Notes under the pieces: generated by a model | Database searches by the model: none | What the model saw: the letters and a program-made list of their open reading frames with translations, nothing else | Told to the model about the DNA's origin: nothing | Shown: positions 11,463 to 23,300 of the stretch, piece by piece | Position numbering within the stretch: position 1 is the first letter of the stretch | How the letters are laid out: each line of letters starts with the position of its first letter | Source: a secondary endosymbiont of Trabutina mannipara | GTDB taxonomy: Bacteria > Pseudomonadota > Gammaproteobacteria > Enterobacterales > Enterobacteriaceae | Reading direction: 5' to 3' | Length of the DNA stretch: 32,000 bases | NCBI RefSeq assembly: GCF_900090215.1 | Contig: NZ_LT594522.1 | Coordinates: 266,472-298,471, forward strand | Made by a program: the position numbers and the translations under genes

Positions 11463-12287
11463 CTAATTTATTATTCGACGACATACTATAAATTTATCAG
11501 TACGTTTATTACTACGAGTTTTTTTACCTTTTGTCTGAAGACCCCATGGAGATACAGGATGCTTACCAAAATTACGTCCTTCACCACCACCGTGCGGATG
11601 GTCAACAGGATTCATTGCTGTACCCCGAACAGTAGAACGTATACCTCTCCATCGTTTAGCACCAGCTTTACCTAAAATACATAACATATGTTCTGCATTA
11701 TCTACTTCACCTAAAGTTGCACGACATTCAGAATTAATTTTACGTATTTCCCCAGAACGTAACCGTAAAGTAACATAAGCACTATCGCGAGATACTATTT
11801 GAATATAAGAACCAGCAGAACGTGCTAATTGACCACCTTTACCTGGTTTCATTTCTACATTATGTATTATGGAACCAATAGGTATTTTTCGCATAGGAAG
11901 AGCATTTCCTATTTTAATTGCTACATCGACACCAGATTCAATTTGGTCACCAACTTTTAGTCCTTTGGGTGCAATTATATAACGTCGTTCACCATCTTTA
12001 TACATTACTAATGTAATATTAGCTGATCTATTAGGATCATATTCAAAACGTTCTATTATTGCTGGAATATCATCTTTATTACGTTTAAAATCTATTATGC
12101 GATATTTTTTTTTGTGCCCACCACCAATATGTCGCATAGTAATACGACCATTATTATTCCGTCCACCTGATTTATTAAGAGGTTTTAGTAATTTATTATA
12201 CGGTTTACCTTTATGAATATTAGAATTTATTATTTTAACAACGTGGCGACGACCTGGAGATGTGGGTTTACACTTAACAATTGACAT
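11463..12287 (-). CDS. rplB: 50S ribosomal protein L2
   Basis: 274 aa. [12 protein letters not shown]...[18 protein letters not shown] matches L2. Confidence 0.98.
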   Translation of the reverse strand: MSIVKCKPTSPGRRHVVKIINSNIHKGKPYNKLLKPLNKSGGRNNNGRITMRHIGGGHKKKYRIIDFKRNKDDIPAIIERFEYDPNRSANITLVMYKDGERRYIIAPKGLKVGDQIESGVDVAIKIGNALPMRKIPIGSIIHNVEMKPGKGGQLARSAGSYIQIVSRDSAYVTLRLRSGEIRKINSECRATLGEVDNAEHMLCILGKAGAKRWRGIRSTVRGTAMNPVDHPHGGGEGRNFGKHPVSPWGLQTKGKKTRSNKRTDKFIVCRRIIN

Positions 12288-12333
12288 TGTTATTATTCCT
12301 CATAATTACAAACACTCTGTTTTTTTATAAAAA

Positions 12334-12620
12334 TTATATATTTTGACCCTTTTTAAAGATAATATAAGCTTTTTTATAGTTACGTTGTTTATGATGCTTA
12401 TTTTTTTCTTTAAATATAAGAGTATGTATTTTATTAATTTTATTTTTTATAATTTTATTAATTTTATTTTTTATATATAGCAGTTTTAATTTCTGCTTTA
12501 TTTGCATCTTTTTTTACTTTAAAAACAATAGTGTTGTATTTTTTTTGAGGTAGATGCTTTTTCAGAAATATGTTGTGATTTAAGTATATCTTAAAATAAA
12601 TTTTTTTTTCTAAAAATCAT
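12334..12620 (-). pseudogene. rplW: 50S ribosomal protein L23 gene, disrupted (in-frame stop plus two frameshifts in poly(A) tracts plus a 24-bp tandem duplication)
   Basis: The 329-bp gap between rplD and rplB has no long ORF. The ATG at 12620 overlaps the rplD TGA (ATGA), as expected for rplW. Hand translation finds L23 homology in three successive frames. The first frame reads MIFRKKNLF-stop-DILKSQHISEKASTSKK. After an A8 tract (12539-12546) the next frame reads YNTIVFKVKKDANKAEIKTAIYKK-stop. After an A6 tract (12467-12472) the third frame reads NKINKIIKNKINKIHTLIFKEKNKHHKQRNYKKAYIIFKKGQNI-stop (stop at 12334). Compare E. coli ...HVSEKAST...[20 protein letters not shown]...NTLVVKGKVKRHGQR...WKKAYVTLKEGQNL. 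Confidence 0.85.
12427..12474 (-). repeat. 24-bp tandem duplication (2 copies, 23/24 identical) inside the rplW remnant
   Basis: + strand copies are TATTTTATTAATTTTATTTTTTAT (12427-12450) and AATTTTATTAATTTTATTTTTTAT (12451-12474). On the - strand the unit is ATAAAAAATAAAATTAATAAAAT(T/A), which encodes IKNKINKI twice in the third L23 frame. Confidence 0.95.
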
Positions 12621-13222
12621 ACCAACATATCCTCAAATTGCTTAATAGCATTAACTGTTATAATAACTTTATCAAAAACAATTAAACTAATAGGGTTAAC
12701 GCTTTTCGTATCGCTAACCTCTACTTTGTAGAGATTACGTGCAGCTAGAAATAAATTCTCATTTAATTTATCTGTAATAATTAAAACATCATCTAATAAT
12801 AAATTTTGTAATTTCTGTACTAAAAATTTTGTTTTGGGTGCTTTTATATAAAAATATTCAACAATAATTAAACGATTTTGACGAATTAATTCTGAAAAAA
12901 TACTTTTTAAAGCTCCACGATACATTTTTTTATTTACTTTTTTACTATAATCTTGCTGCTTAGCTGCAAAAGTTATACCACCAGATCTCCATATAGGACT
13001 TTTAACACTACCAGAACGTGCCCTACCTGTACCTTTCTGACGCCAAGGTTTTTTATTGGAACCAATTACTTCACCACGATTTTTTTGACAACTAGTTCCT
13101 TGACGAGATCCTGCAAAATAAGCTATAATAATTTGATGAATTAATGCTTTATTAAAATTAAATCCAAATATTTTTTCTGAAACATTTAGTATATCCTGTG
13201 TATCTTTTAGTACTAATTCCAT
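12617..13222 (-). CDS. rplD: 50S ribosomal protein L4
   Basis: 201 aa. [32 protein letters not shown] matches L4. Confidence 0.97.
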   Translation of the reverse strand: MELVLKDTQDILNVSEKIFGFNFNKALIHQIIIAYFAGSRQGTSCQKNRGEVIGSNKKPWRQKGTGRARSGSVKSPIWRSGGITFAAKQQDYSKKVNKKMYRGALKSIFSELIRQNRLIIVEYFYIKAPKTKFLVQKLQNLLLDDVLIITDKLNENLFLAARNLYKVEVSDTKSVNPISLIVFDKVIITVNAIKQFEDMLV

Positions 13223-13239
13223 TAATATATCCTCGATTA

Positions 13240-13866
13240 TTACGCTTTAATAGCTGGTTTAATTATCAAGTGATTACTAATTGCTCCCGGAACAGCACCT
13301 TTTACTAATAATAAATTACGTTGGATATCAATCCTTATTATATCAAGATTCTGAATAGTAACTTTTTTATTACCTAACTGACCTGACATTTTTTTTCCTT
13401 TGAATACTTTACCTGGAGTTTGATTCTGACCTATGGAACCTGGAGCACGATGAGACAGTGAATTACCATGAGTAGAATCCTGAGTATGAAAATTCCAACG
13501 TTTGACAGTACCAGCAAATCCTTTTCCTTTAGAAATACCAGTAATATCTACTTTTTTTATAGTACTGAATATTTCTACAGAAATATTCTGACCCACAGTC
13601 ATTTCTTCAATATTATTAATTTTAAATTCCCATAAACCACATCCTACTTCAACACCTGATTTTGCAAAATGTCCTGCTTCAGATTTATTTATTCTTTTTT
13701 TATTTTTAATACCAGAAGTAATTTGGATAGCATTATATCCATCATTTTTAAAATTTTTAATTTGTATTACACTATTTTCTTTTATTTCAATAACAGTTAT
13801 TGGTATAGAAATACCTTCGGTAAAAAGACGAGTCATACCTACTTTACGTCCTATTAAACCTTTCAT
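13240..13866 (-). CDS. rplC: 50S ribosomal protein L3
   Basis: 208 aa. [17 protein letters not shown]...[52 protein letters not shown] matches L3. Confidence 0.98.
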   Translation of the reverse strand: MKGLIGRKVGMTRLFTEGISIPITVIEIKENSVIQIKNFKNDGYNAIQITSGIKNKKRINKSEAGHFAKSGVEVGCGLWEFKINNIEEMTVGQNISVEIFSTIKKVDITGISKGKGFAGTVKRWNFHTQDSTHGNSLSHRAPGSIGQNQTPGKVFKGKKMSGQLGNKKVTIQNLDIIRIDIQRNLLLVKGAVPGAISNHLIIKPAIKA

Positions 13867-13893
13867 TGCTTTAATCTCTTTATTTTCAAAATA

Positions 13894-14232
<339 letters not shown>

Positions 14233-14328
14233 TTATGAACAAAATGCTCTTTTTTTACAAAAAATAAAAACATAATAGTTCATTTTATGGATATTTGTAG
14301 ACTTTTATTTTGTTTATTTTGGTAAATA

Positions 14329-15513
14329 TTATTCAATAATTTTAGCTACAACACCAGCACCAATAGTATGACCACCTTCACGAATAGCAAAACGTAAACC
14401 ATTATCCATAGCAATTGGAGATATTAAATTAACAACCATCTTTATATTATCCCCAGGCATAACCATTTCAATACCTTCTGGTAATTCTATAGTACCAGTT
14501 ACATCAGTAGTACGAAAATAAAATTGTGGACGATATCCTTTGAAAAAAGGTGTATGACGTCCTCCTTCATCTTTATTTAAAATATAAACTTCTGAATCAA
14601 ATTTAGTATATGGTTTAATTGATCCTATTTTTGCTAACACTTGACCACGTTCAACTTCATCACGCTTTGTGCCACGAAGTAATATACCAACATTATCTCC
14701 AGCACGTCCTTCGTCTAATAATTTACGAAACATTTCAACGCCAGTACAAATAGTTCTTACAGTATTTTTAATACCTACAATTTCTATTTCATCACCTACT
14801 TTAATTATACCTCTTTCTATACGACCAGTTACTACTGTACCACGTCCTGAAATAGAAAATACATCTTCAATGGGTAATAAAAATGGTTGATCAATAATTC
14901 TTTTAGGTTCTGGAATATATTTATCTAGTGCTTCTGCAAGTTCAATAATTTTTTTAGTCCATATTTCATTACCTTCTAATGCTTTTAATGCAGAACCCCT
15001 AATAATAGGTGTCTTTTCTCCAGGAAAATCATATTGAGATAATAATTCACGTACTTCCATTTCTACAAGTTCTAATAGCTCTTCATCATCAACTATATCA
15101 CATTTATTCATAAATACTACAATATATGGTACACCTACTTGACGACCTAAAAGTATATGTTCCCGAGTTTGGGGCATAGGACCATCAGTAGCTGCAACTA
15201 CCAAAATGGCACCATCCATTTGAGCGGCACCAGTAATCATATTTTTTACATAATCAGCATGTCCTGGACAATCTACATGTGCATAATGACGATTTAAAGT
15301 ATCGTATTCAACATGTGAAGCATTAATAGTAATACCACGAGCTTTTTCTTCTGGTGCATTATCTATTTGTTCACAAGCACGTGCGTTACCACCATAAGCT
15401 TTAGCTAGAACAGTAGTAATAGCAGCCGTTAAAGTAGTTTTTCCATGATCAACATGTCCAATAGTACCTACATTTATATGAGGTTTTGTACGTTGAAATT
15501 TTTCTTTAGACAT
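14329..15513 (-). CDS. tuf: Elongation factor Tu
   Basis: The ORF extends to 15534, but EF-Tu begins [28 protein letters not shown] at the Met at 15513, giving 394 aa. It is near-identical to E. coli EF-Tu throughout. Confidence 0.98.
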   Translation of the reverse strand: MSKEKFQRTKPHINVGTIGHVDHGKTTLTAAITTVLAKAYGGNARACEQIDNAPEEKARGITINASHVEYDTLNRHYAHVDCPGHADYVKNMITGAAQMDGAILVVAATDGPMPQTREHILLGRQVGVPYIVVFMNKCDIVDDEELLELVEMEVRELLSQYDFPGEKTPIIRGSALKALEGNEIWTKKIIELAEALDKYIPEPKRIIDQPFLLPIEDVFSISGRGTVVTGRIERGIIKVGDEIEIVGIKNTVRTICTGVEMFRKLLDEGRAGDNVGILLRGTKRDEVERGQVLAKIGSIKPYTKFDSEVYILNKDEGGRHTPFFKGYRPQFYFRTTDVTGTIELPEGIEMVMPGDNIKMVVNLISPIAMDNGLRFAIREGGHTIGAGVVAKIIE

Positions 15514-15613
15514 AAAGATTAATCCTCTTTGCAAATAATATTATATTTCATACTGCCATATTAATATATTCAAAGCAACTATAAGTTTTAGAAAAGATAT
15601 TAGCAATCATAAT

Positions 15614-15686
15614 TGCTGACAGGCAGATTTGAACTGCCGACCTCACCCTTACCAAGAGTGTGCTCTTCCTGCTGAGCTATGTCAGC
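15614..15686 (-). tRNA. thrT: tRNA-Thr (anticodon GGU); 3' CCA not encoded
   Basis: The - strand reads GCTGACATAGCTCAGCAGGAAGAGCACACTCTTGGTAAGGGTGAGGTCGGCAGTTCAAATCTGCCTGTCAGCA. It folds as a cloverleaf with a 7-bp acceptor stem, anticodon loop CTTGGTAAG region and T-loop TTCAAAT. The discriminator A is followed by ATT. Confidence 0.93.
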
Positions 15687-15695
15687 AGCGTATAT

Positions 15696-15770
15696 TGGAG
15701 CGAACAGTGAGAATTGAACCCACATCTTCAGCTTGGAAGGCTGAGGTAATAACCATTATACGATGTTCGC
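15696..15770 (-). tRNA. glyT: tRNA-Gly (anticodon UCC); CCA encoded
   Basis: The - strand reads GCGAACATCGTATAATGGTTATTACCTCAGCCTTCCAAGCTGAAGATGTGGGTTCAATTCTCACTGTTCGCTCCA. It is closely similar to E. coli glyT. Confidence 0.93.
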
Positions 15771-15783
15771 AAAATAATGAATA

Positions 15784-15865
<82 letters not shown>

Positions 15866-15879
15866 TCAAAATTTTTGAA

Positions 15880-15952
15880 TGCCGGCAGAAGGAATCGGAC
15901 CTTCAACCTACTGATTACAAATCAGTTACTCTACCAATTGAGCTATACCGGC
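15880..15952 (-). tRNA. thrU: tRNA-Thr (anticodon UGU); CCA not encoded
   Basis: The - strand reads GCCGGTATAGCTCAATTGGTAGAGTAACTGATTTGTAATCAGTAGGTTGAAGGTCCGATTCCTTCTGCCGGCA followed by TTC. The cloverleaf folds. The T-loop reads TCCGATT. Confidence 0.9.
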
Positions 15953-16055
15953 TATTTACTTTCTATTTTTTAGATTTATATAAAATAATACAATATTTTA
16001 TATTTTTGTCTAATATTTATTAGAATTTTTATTCAATAAAAATTTAATTTTATAA

Positions 16056-19000
16056 TTAATCATTTTTTTTATTTAGAAGTTCTGCTAAATTAGCAGAAGC
16101 TTTATCTGCAGTAATTGTTGGTACTTTAGATAATATATTTTTGGGAATAGCACTATTTTTATGAAAATTATAACCAGTTCCTGCTGGAATTAACCTTCCA
16201 ACTATAACATTTTCTTTTAAACCACGTAATTCATCGTATTTTCCAGCTACAGCAGCTTCTGTTAGTACACGTGTAGTTTCTTGGAAAGATGCTGCTGATA
16301 TAAAAGAATTTGTAGCAAGAGAAGCTTTAGTAATACCTAACAAATTTCGAATATAACTTATTTTTTCTTTACCATTTTTTTCTAAATTTCTATTAGCTAT
16401 TTTAATACGAGAATATTCTACTTGTTCACCTTCTAAAAATTCTGAATTATTACTCTTAGTAATTGTTACTTTACGTAACATTTGACGAATAATAACTTCT
16501 ATATGTTTATCATTAATTTTTACTCCCTGTAATCGATAAACCTCCTGAACTTCATTAACAATATAACGAGTTACTTCATGCACACCACGTAATCGTAGAA
16601 TATCATGCGGAGATTCGGGACCGTCAGAAATAACATCTCCTTGCTCTACACGTTCACCTTCAAATACATTAAGATGACGACATTTGGGAATCATTTCTTC
16701 ATAAGAATTATTATTTTCTATAGATGAAATCAGAAGTCTTCTTTTTCCTTTAGTTTCTTTACCAAAAGTAACTATACCACTAATTTCAGCTAAAATAGCT
16801 GGTTCTTTAGGACAACGAGCTTCAAATAAATCTGCTACACGTGGGAGACCCCCAGTAATATCTTTAATACCACTAGTTTCTTGTGGCAAACGTGCTAATG
16901 TATCACCACAAGTAATTTTAGCACCATCTACAAGATGTACAATTGCTTTTCCTGGTAAAAAGTACTGTGCTGGTATTTCAGTACCAGGTAAAAATACATC
17001 ATTACCATTAATATCAACTATTTGTAATGTAGGACGTAAATCTTTACCACTAATAGTGCGTTCTGAAGTATCTAATACTACTAGAGAAAATAAACCAGTA
17101 AGTTCATCTGTTTGACGAGTAATAGTTTGACCATCAATCATATCAATAAAATGAACAAAACCATTAACTTCAGCAATAATAGGCATAGTATGCGGATCCC
17201 AATTAGCAACTATTTCACCACTTTTAACTTCTGATAAATTTACTTTATCCATTACAGCTCCATAAGGAACTTTATATATTTCTTTAGTTCTACCAAATTT
17301 ATCAATTAATTTTAGTTCAGTATTACGTGAAGTAATAACTAACTTACCATTGCAATTAAATACAAATTTAGCATTTATTAAACTAATTATTCCTTTATTC
17401 TTTACTTGAATGCTAGATTCTGCAGCAGCACGTGAAGCAGCTCCACCAATATGAAATGTACGCATAGTAAGTTGTGTACCTGGTTCACCTATAGACTGTG
17501 CTGCTATAACACCAATAGCTTCTCCTTCATTTACTAAATTACCTCTAGCTAAATCACGACCATAACAATTTGCACAAACTCCAAAATCAGTATCACAAGT
17601 TACTACTGAACGTACTTTAATACTATCAACTAAAAATTTTTCTAAAATATCACAACATTGTTCATTTAATAATGAATTTCGTTCTATTAAAATATCTGAT
17701 GTACCTGGTTTTAGAATATTTTCCACTGTAACACGTCCTAAAACTTTCTCACGAAGAGGTTCTTTAATTTCCCCTCCTTCAATAACAGGAGTCATTAATA
17801 TACCTGAAAAGGTACCACAATCTTTTTCAGTTATTATTAAATCTTGTGCTACATCAACTAAACGACGAGTTAAATATCCAGAATTTGCAGTTTTTAGTGC
17901 AGTATCAGCTAATCCTTTACGAGCACCGTGTGTAGAAATAAAATATTGGAGTACATTTAAACCTTCACGAAAATTTGCAGTAATAGGTGTTTCAATAATG
18001 GAACCATCAGGTTTTGCCATTAAACCACGCATACCTGCTAATTGACGAATTTGTGCTGCTGAACCACGAGCTCCAGAATCAGCCATCATAAAAATACTAT
18101 TAAAAGATACTTGATTTTCTTCTATACCATCATTATTAATTACAGTATCAGTAGATAAATTATCCATCATAGCTTTAGCAATACGTTCATTAGCTGCAGC
18201 CCATATATCTATAACTTTGTTATAACGTTCACCAGCAGTAACTAGACCTGACTGAAATTGTTCTTGTATTTCAGCTACTTCTGCTTCAGCTTCATCAATA
18301 ATTTCTATCTTTTTTTCTGGTATTACCATATCATCTATACCTACTGATGATCCTGAACGAGCAGCATAATAAAATCCTGTATACATAATTTGATCTGCAA
18401 AAATTACAGTTGATTTTAAACCTAATAAGCGATAGCAAGTATTCAGCATTTTAGATATGGATTTTTTACCTAATACCTGATTTACTAATGAGAAAGGTAA
18501 TCCATTAGGAACAATAAGCCATAAAATGGCTCTACCTATAGTAGTATTTATTATACTAGTATTTTCTATCCATTCACTATTATTATTTTTTGTATATTCA
18601 GTAATACGTACTTTAACTCTAGCATGTAATTCTACTATACCCAGTAGATATATTTTTTCAGCTTCTTTAGGTCCAGTTAACACCATACCTTCGCCTTTAG
18701 CATTTATACGATCACGAGTCATATAATATAAACCTAGAACCACATCCTGTGATGGTACAATAATAGGTTCTCCATTTGCAGGAGATAATATATTTTTTGT
18801 AGACATCATTAATGTACGTGCTTCCATTTGTGCTTCTGATGTTAATGGAACATGTACTGCCATTTGATCTCCATCAAAATCAGCATTATATGCTGCACAT
18901 ACTAGAGGATGTAATTGAATAGCTTTTCCTTCAATAAGGACTGGTTCAAATGCTTGGATTCCTAAACGATGTAGTGTTGGTGCTCTATTTAACATAACTG

Positions 19001-20258
19001 GATGTTCATGAATAACTTCATCTAGTATATCCCATACTATAGTTTCTTCACGTTCAACCATTTTTTTTGCAGCTTTAATTGTTGTTGCAAAACCACGAAT
19101 TTCTAGTTTTCCATAAATAAAAGGTTTAAATAGTTCTAATGCCATTTTTTTGGGTAATCCACATTGATGAAGATGTAGATATGGACCAACAGTAATAACT
19201 GAACGTCCAGAATAATCAACACGTTTACCTAATAAGTTTTGTCTAAAACGTCCTTGTTTACCTTTAATCATATCTGACATTGATTTAAGAGAACGTTTAT
19301 TAGAACCAGTAATAGCACGTCCACGACGACCATTATCTATTAGTGCGTCAACTGCCTCTTGTAACATACGTTTTTCATTACGTACAATGATATCTGGTGC
19401 AGCTAGATCTAATAAACGTTTAAGACGATTATTACGATTAATTACACGACGATACAGATCATTTAAATCTGATGTTGCAAATCTACCTCCTTCTAGAGGT
19501 ACTAAAGGACGTAAATCTGGTGGTAGTACTGGTAGTACTGTTAATATCATCCATTCTGGTTTATTTCCTGATTCTAGAAAAGATTCTAATATTTTAATTC
19601 TTTTAGTTATTTTTTTGCGTTTTGTTTCAAAATTAGTATGTTCTAGTTCTTCTCTTAAATTTTCGCATTCATATTTTAAATCCAAATTTTTTAATATATC
19701 ATATATTGATTCAGCACCCATTTTCGCTTTAAATTCATCACCAAATTCTTCCAAAGCATTTAAATATTGATCTTCAGTTAAAATTTGGCGGCATTCAAGA
19801 TTAGTCATACCACTTTCAACTACAATATAAGATTCAAAATATAATACACTTTCTATGTCACGTAATGACATATCTAATAATAACCCAATACGGGAAGGTA
19901 ATGATTTTAAAAACCAAATATGTGCAGTAGGTGAAGCTAATTCAATATGACCCATACGTTCACGACGAACTTTAGTTTGTGTAACTTCTACTCCACATTT
20001 TTCACAAATTACACCTCGATGTTTTAATCTTTTATATTTACCACATAAACATTCATAATCTTTTATAGGTCCAAAAATACGTGCACAAAATAAACCATCT
20101 CTCTCTGGTTTAAAGGTACGGTAATTAATAGTTTCTGCTTTTTTTACTTCACCAAAAGACCAAGAACGAATCATTTCTGGTGAGGCTAGTGTAATTTTTA
20201 TTGCATCAAATTCTTCATTTTTATTTTGTTTTTTTAAAAAATTAAATAAATCTTTCAC
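16056..20258 (-). CDS. rpoC: DNA-directed RNA polymerase beta' subunit
   Basis: 1400 aa, colinear with E. coli RpoC. It contains the zinc motif [20 protein letters not shown] and the catalytic [12 protein letters not shown]. Confidence 0.99.
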   Translation of the reverse strand: MKDLFNFLKKQNKNEEFDAIKITLASPEMIRSWSFGEVKKAETINYRTFKPERDGLFCARIFGPIKDYECLCGKYKRLKHRGVICEKCGVEVTQTKVRRERMGHIELASPTAHIWFLKSLPSRIGLLLDMSLRDIESVLYFESYIVVESGMTNLECRQILTEDQYLNALEEFGDEFKAKMGAESIYDILKNLDLKYECENLREELEHTNFETKRKKITKRIKILESFLESGNKPEWMILTVLPVLPPDLRPLVPLEGGRFATSDLNDLYRRVINRNNRLKRLLDLAAPDIIVRNEKRMLQEAVDALIDNGRRGRAITGSNKRSLKSMSDMIKGKQGRFRQNLLGKRVDYSGRSVITVGPYLHLHQCGLPKKMALELFKPFIYGKLEIRGFATTIKAAKKMVEREETIVWDILDEVIHEHPVMLNRAPTLHRLGIQAFEPVLIEGKAIQLHPLVCAAYNADFDGDQMAVHVPLTSEAQMEARTLMMSTKNILSPANGEPIIVPSQDVVLGLYYMTRDRINAKGEGMVLTGPKEAEKIYLLGIVELHARVKVRITEYTKNNNSEWIENTSIINTTIGRAILWLIVPNGLPFSLVNQVLGKKSISKMLNTCYRLLGLKSTVIFADQIMYTGFYYAARSGSSVGIDDMVIPEKKIEIIDEAEAEVAEIQEQFQSGLVTAGERYNKVIDIWAAANERIAKAMMDNLSTDTVINNDGIEENQVSFNSIFMMADSGARGSAAQIRQLAGMRGLMAKPDGSIIETPITANFREGLNVLQYFISTHGARKGLADTALKTANSGYLTRRLVDVAQDLIITEKDCGTFSGILMTPVIEGGEIKEPLREKVLGRVTVENILKPGTSDILIERNSLLNEQCCDILEKFLVDSIKVRSVVTCDTDFGVCANCYGRDLARGNLVNEGEAIGVIAAQSIGEPGTQLTMRTFHIGGAASRAAAESSIQVKNKGIISLINAKFVFNCNGKLVITSRNTELKLIDKFGRTKEIYKVPYGAVMDKVNLSEVKSGEIVANWDPHTMPIIAEVNGFVHFIDMIDGQTITRQTDELTGLFSLVVLDTSERTISGKDLRPTLQIVDINGNDVFLPGTEIPAQYFLPGKAIVHLVDGAKITCGDTLARLPQETSGIKDITGGLPRVADLFEARCPKEPAILAEISGIVTFGKETKGKRRLLISSIENNNSYEEMIPKCRHLNVFEGERVEQGDVISDGPESPHDILRLRGVHEVTRYIVNEVQEVYRLQGVKINDKHIEVIIRQMLRKVTITKSNNSEFLEGEQVEYSRIKIANRNLEKNGKEKISYIRNLLGITKASLATNSFISAASFQETTRVLTEAAVAGKYDELRGLKENVIVGRLIPAGTGYNFHKNSAIPKNILSKVPTITADKASANLAELLNKKND

Positions 20259-20348
20259 AGATTGATTCCTACCGAAGTTAAATAACTTTAAATTATTCTT
20301 GAACTTGAAACTATCAATCTATCTTGTATACTAAGTACCAGTATATGA

Positions 20349-23300
20349 TTACTTATTTTTTTCCAATTCAATATTTATCCCTAAAGATCTAATCTCTTTT
20401 AATAAAACATTAAAAGATTCAGGCATACTGGGTTCCATCATATAATTACCATCAATGATATTTTTATACATTTTAGTTCTACCATTAACATCATCTGATT
20501 TAATAGTTAGCATTTCTTGTAATGAATAAGCAGCACCATATGCTTCTAAAGCCCATACTTCCATTTCTCCAAAACGCTGGCCACCAAATTGTGCTTTTCC
20601 TCCTAAAGGTTGTTGAGTAACTAAACTATAAGATCCCGTAGAACGGGCATGCATTTTGTCATCTACTAAATGATTAAGTTTTAACATATACATATATCCA
20701 ACAGTAACCTGTCGTTCGAATTTTTCTCCTGTTCTTCCGTCAAATAAAGTTATTTGACCAGAACTAGGTAAACCACTCAGTTTTAATAATTCTTTAATTT
20801 CTTTTTCTTTAGCACCGTCAAAAACTGGTGTAGCAATTGGCATTCCTTTTTTTAAGTTGTTTGCTAAACAAAGTATTTCTTCATCAGAAAATGAATCAAT
20901 GTTTATTTTCTGGCGTAAATTATCACCTACATTATAAGCTTTCTGAATGAATTTACGTAATTTTTTAATATTATTATGCTGATTTAGCATATAATTGATT
21001 TTATCACCAATACCTTTTGCTGCCATACCTAAATGAGTTTCTAAAATTTGACCTATATTCATCCTAGAAGGAACACCTAAAGGATTTAGAACTATATCTA
21101 CAGGTACACCATTTTCATCATAAGGCATATCTTCAATTGGATTAATTTTAGAAATTACACCTTTATTACCATGACGTCCTGCCATTTTATCACCAGGTTG
21201 AATTTGCAGTTTTACTGCTAGATATACTTTAACTACTTTAAGTATACCTGGTGCTAAATTATCATATTGAATTATTTTATTTTTCTTTGCTTCTAATTTC
21301 TTTTGAAATTCATACTTAAGTTCTTGATATTGTTCTATAAGTTGATCAAATTGATTTTTAATATCTTTATTTATAATATCTATTTCTAACCAATTTTTAC
21401 GTGTTAATTTATCTAATTTTGAGGATTCTATTCCACTAAGAATAAGAAGATTACGAATACGTGAAAATAATCCATTTTCAAAAATATGTAATTCTTCAGT
21501 AAGGTCTTTTTTAATCTGTTGAAGTTGTATTTCTTCTATTTCTAACGCACGCTTATCTTTTTTAACGCCATCTCGAGTAAAAATTTGAACATCAATAACA
21601 ACACCTGAAGTACCATTTGGTACCCGTAATGATGAATCTTTTACGTCAGAAGCTTTTTCACCAAAAATAGCTCTTAATAATTTTTCTTCTGGTGTTAATT
21701 GACTTTCACCTTTTGGTGTGACTTTACCTACTAAAATATCACCATCACTAACTTCAGCACCAATATATACAATACCTGATTCATCTAATTTTGAAAGTGC
21801 AGATTCTCCTACATTTGGAATATCAGCAGTAATTTCTTCAGAACCTAATTTTGTATCACGAGATATACAAGTCATTTCCTGAATATGTACAGTAGTAAAA
21901 CGATCTTCCTGTACAACTTTTTCAGATATTAACATAGAATCTTCAAAATTATAACCATTCCAAGGCATAAAGGCAATACGCATATTTTGACCAAGAGCTA
22001 ACTCACCTAAATCTGTAGATGGTCCATCAGCTATTACATCTCCACGATTAATTAGTTCACCTAAAGAAACACAAGGTTTTTGATTAATACAAGTATTTTG
22101 ATTAGAACGAATATATTTTTTTAGATTATAAATATCAATACCAGCTTCTCCAGAAAAAGTTTCATCAGAATTAACATTAATAACAATACGAGATGCATCT
22201 ACGTATTGTACTTTTCCACTACGTTTTGCTACAATAGTAACACCTGAATCAACTGCAACAATACGTTCCATACCAGTACCAACTAATGGTTTATCAGTAA
22301 TCAAATTAGGTATTGCTTGACGTTGCATATTGGCACCCATTAATGCCCTATTAGCATCATTATGTTCTAAAAATGGAATAAGAGAAGCACCAACTGATAC
22401 TATTTGTTGAGTAGAAACATCCATATAATTAATTTGTTTACTGTTAAATAAACTTGATTCGCCTTTATTGCGACAAGTTATAAACTCATCTACAAAATGA
22501 CCATCTTTACTAAGATTAGTATTTGCTTGTGCTATAACAAAATAGCCTTCTTCAATTGCTGAAAGATAATGTATTTCATCAGTAACAACACCATTCTGTA
22601 CAAGACGATAGGGAGTTTCAAGAAATCCATATTCATTAGTTTGTGCATATACAGATAATGAGTTTATAAGACCAATATTGGGTCCTTCTGGAGTTTCTAT
22701 AGAACATATACGACCATAATGAGTTGGATGTACATCACGAACTTCAAAACTTGCACGTTCACGAGTTAAACCACCAGGTCCTAATGCAGAAATACGTCTT
22801 TTATGTGTAATTTCTGAAAGAGGATTATTTTGATCCATAAATTGTGATAATTGACTAGAACTAAAAAATTCTTTTATTGCGGCTGAAATTGGTTTAGCAT
22901 TAATCATATCTTGCGGCATTAAATTATCCATATCTCCTAAAGATAGACGTTCTTTTACTGCACGTTCTACACGTAATAATCCAATACGAAACTGATTTTC
23001 TGCCATTTCACCTACTGCACGAATTCTTCTATTACCTAAATGATCAATATCGTCAATTTCACCTTTACCATTTCGAATATCAATAAGTTTTTTAATAACA
23101 TCAACAATATCTTTTTTTTCTAAAATACCAGGACCTTCACTTTCTTTACGTAAAAGTGAACGATTAAATTTCATCCTACCTACTGCTGATAAATCATAAC
23201 GTTCTTCTGAAAAAAATAAATTTTTAAATAAATTTTCAGCGGCTTCATTAGTGGGTAATTCACCAGGACGCATCATACGATATATTTCTAAAAGTGCATT

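Noticed and set aside
15514-15534. N-terminal ORF extensions of tuf (MQRGLIF-), rpoB (MRSS-, 24384-24395), tusB (MLCYIILYFF-, 31572-31601), rpsM, rpsE and rplP
   Set aside because: In each case homology to the E. coli protein begins at an internal Met that matches the canonical N-terminus. The upstream codons are unconserved A/T-rich read-through of the ORF caller.
16008-16030. The hairpin TCTAAT-ATTT-ATTAGA in the rpoC-thrU spacer as the rpoBC terminator
   Set aside because: It has only a 6-bp stem with one G:C pair. The T-run follows it on the + strand, not on the transcribed - strand.
19387-19770. A 127-aa + strand ORF inside rpoC, with a second one at 18526-18726
   Set aside because: Both are antisense to the strongly conserved beta' coding frame. 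The Arg/Ser-rich translation is typical of a complementary-frame artefact.
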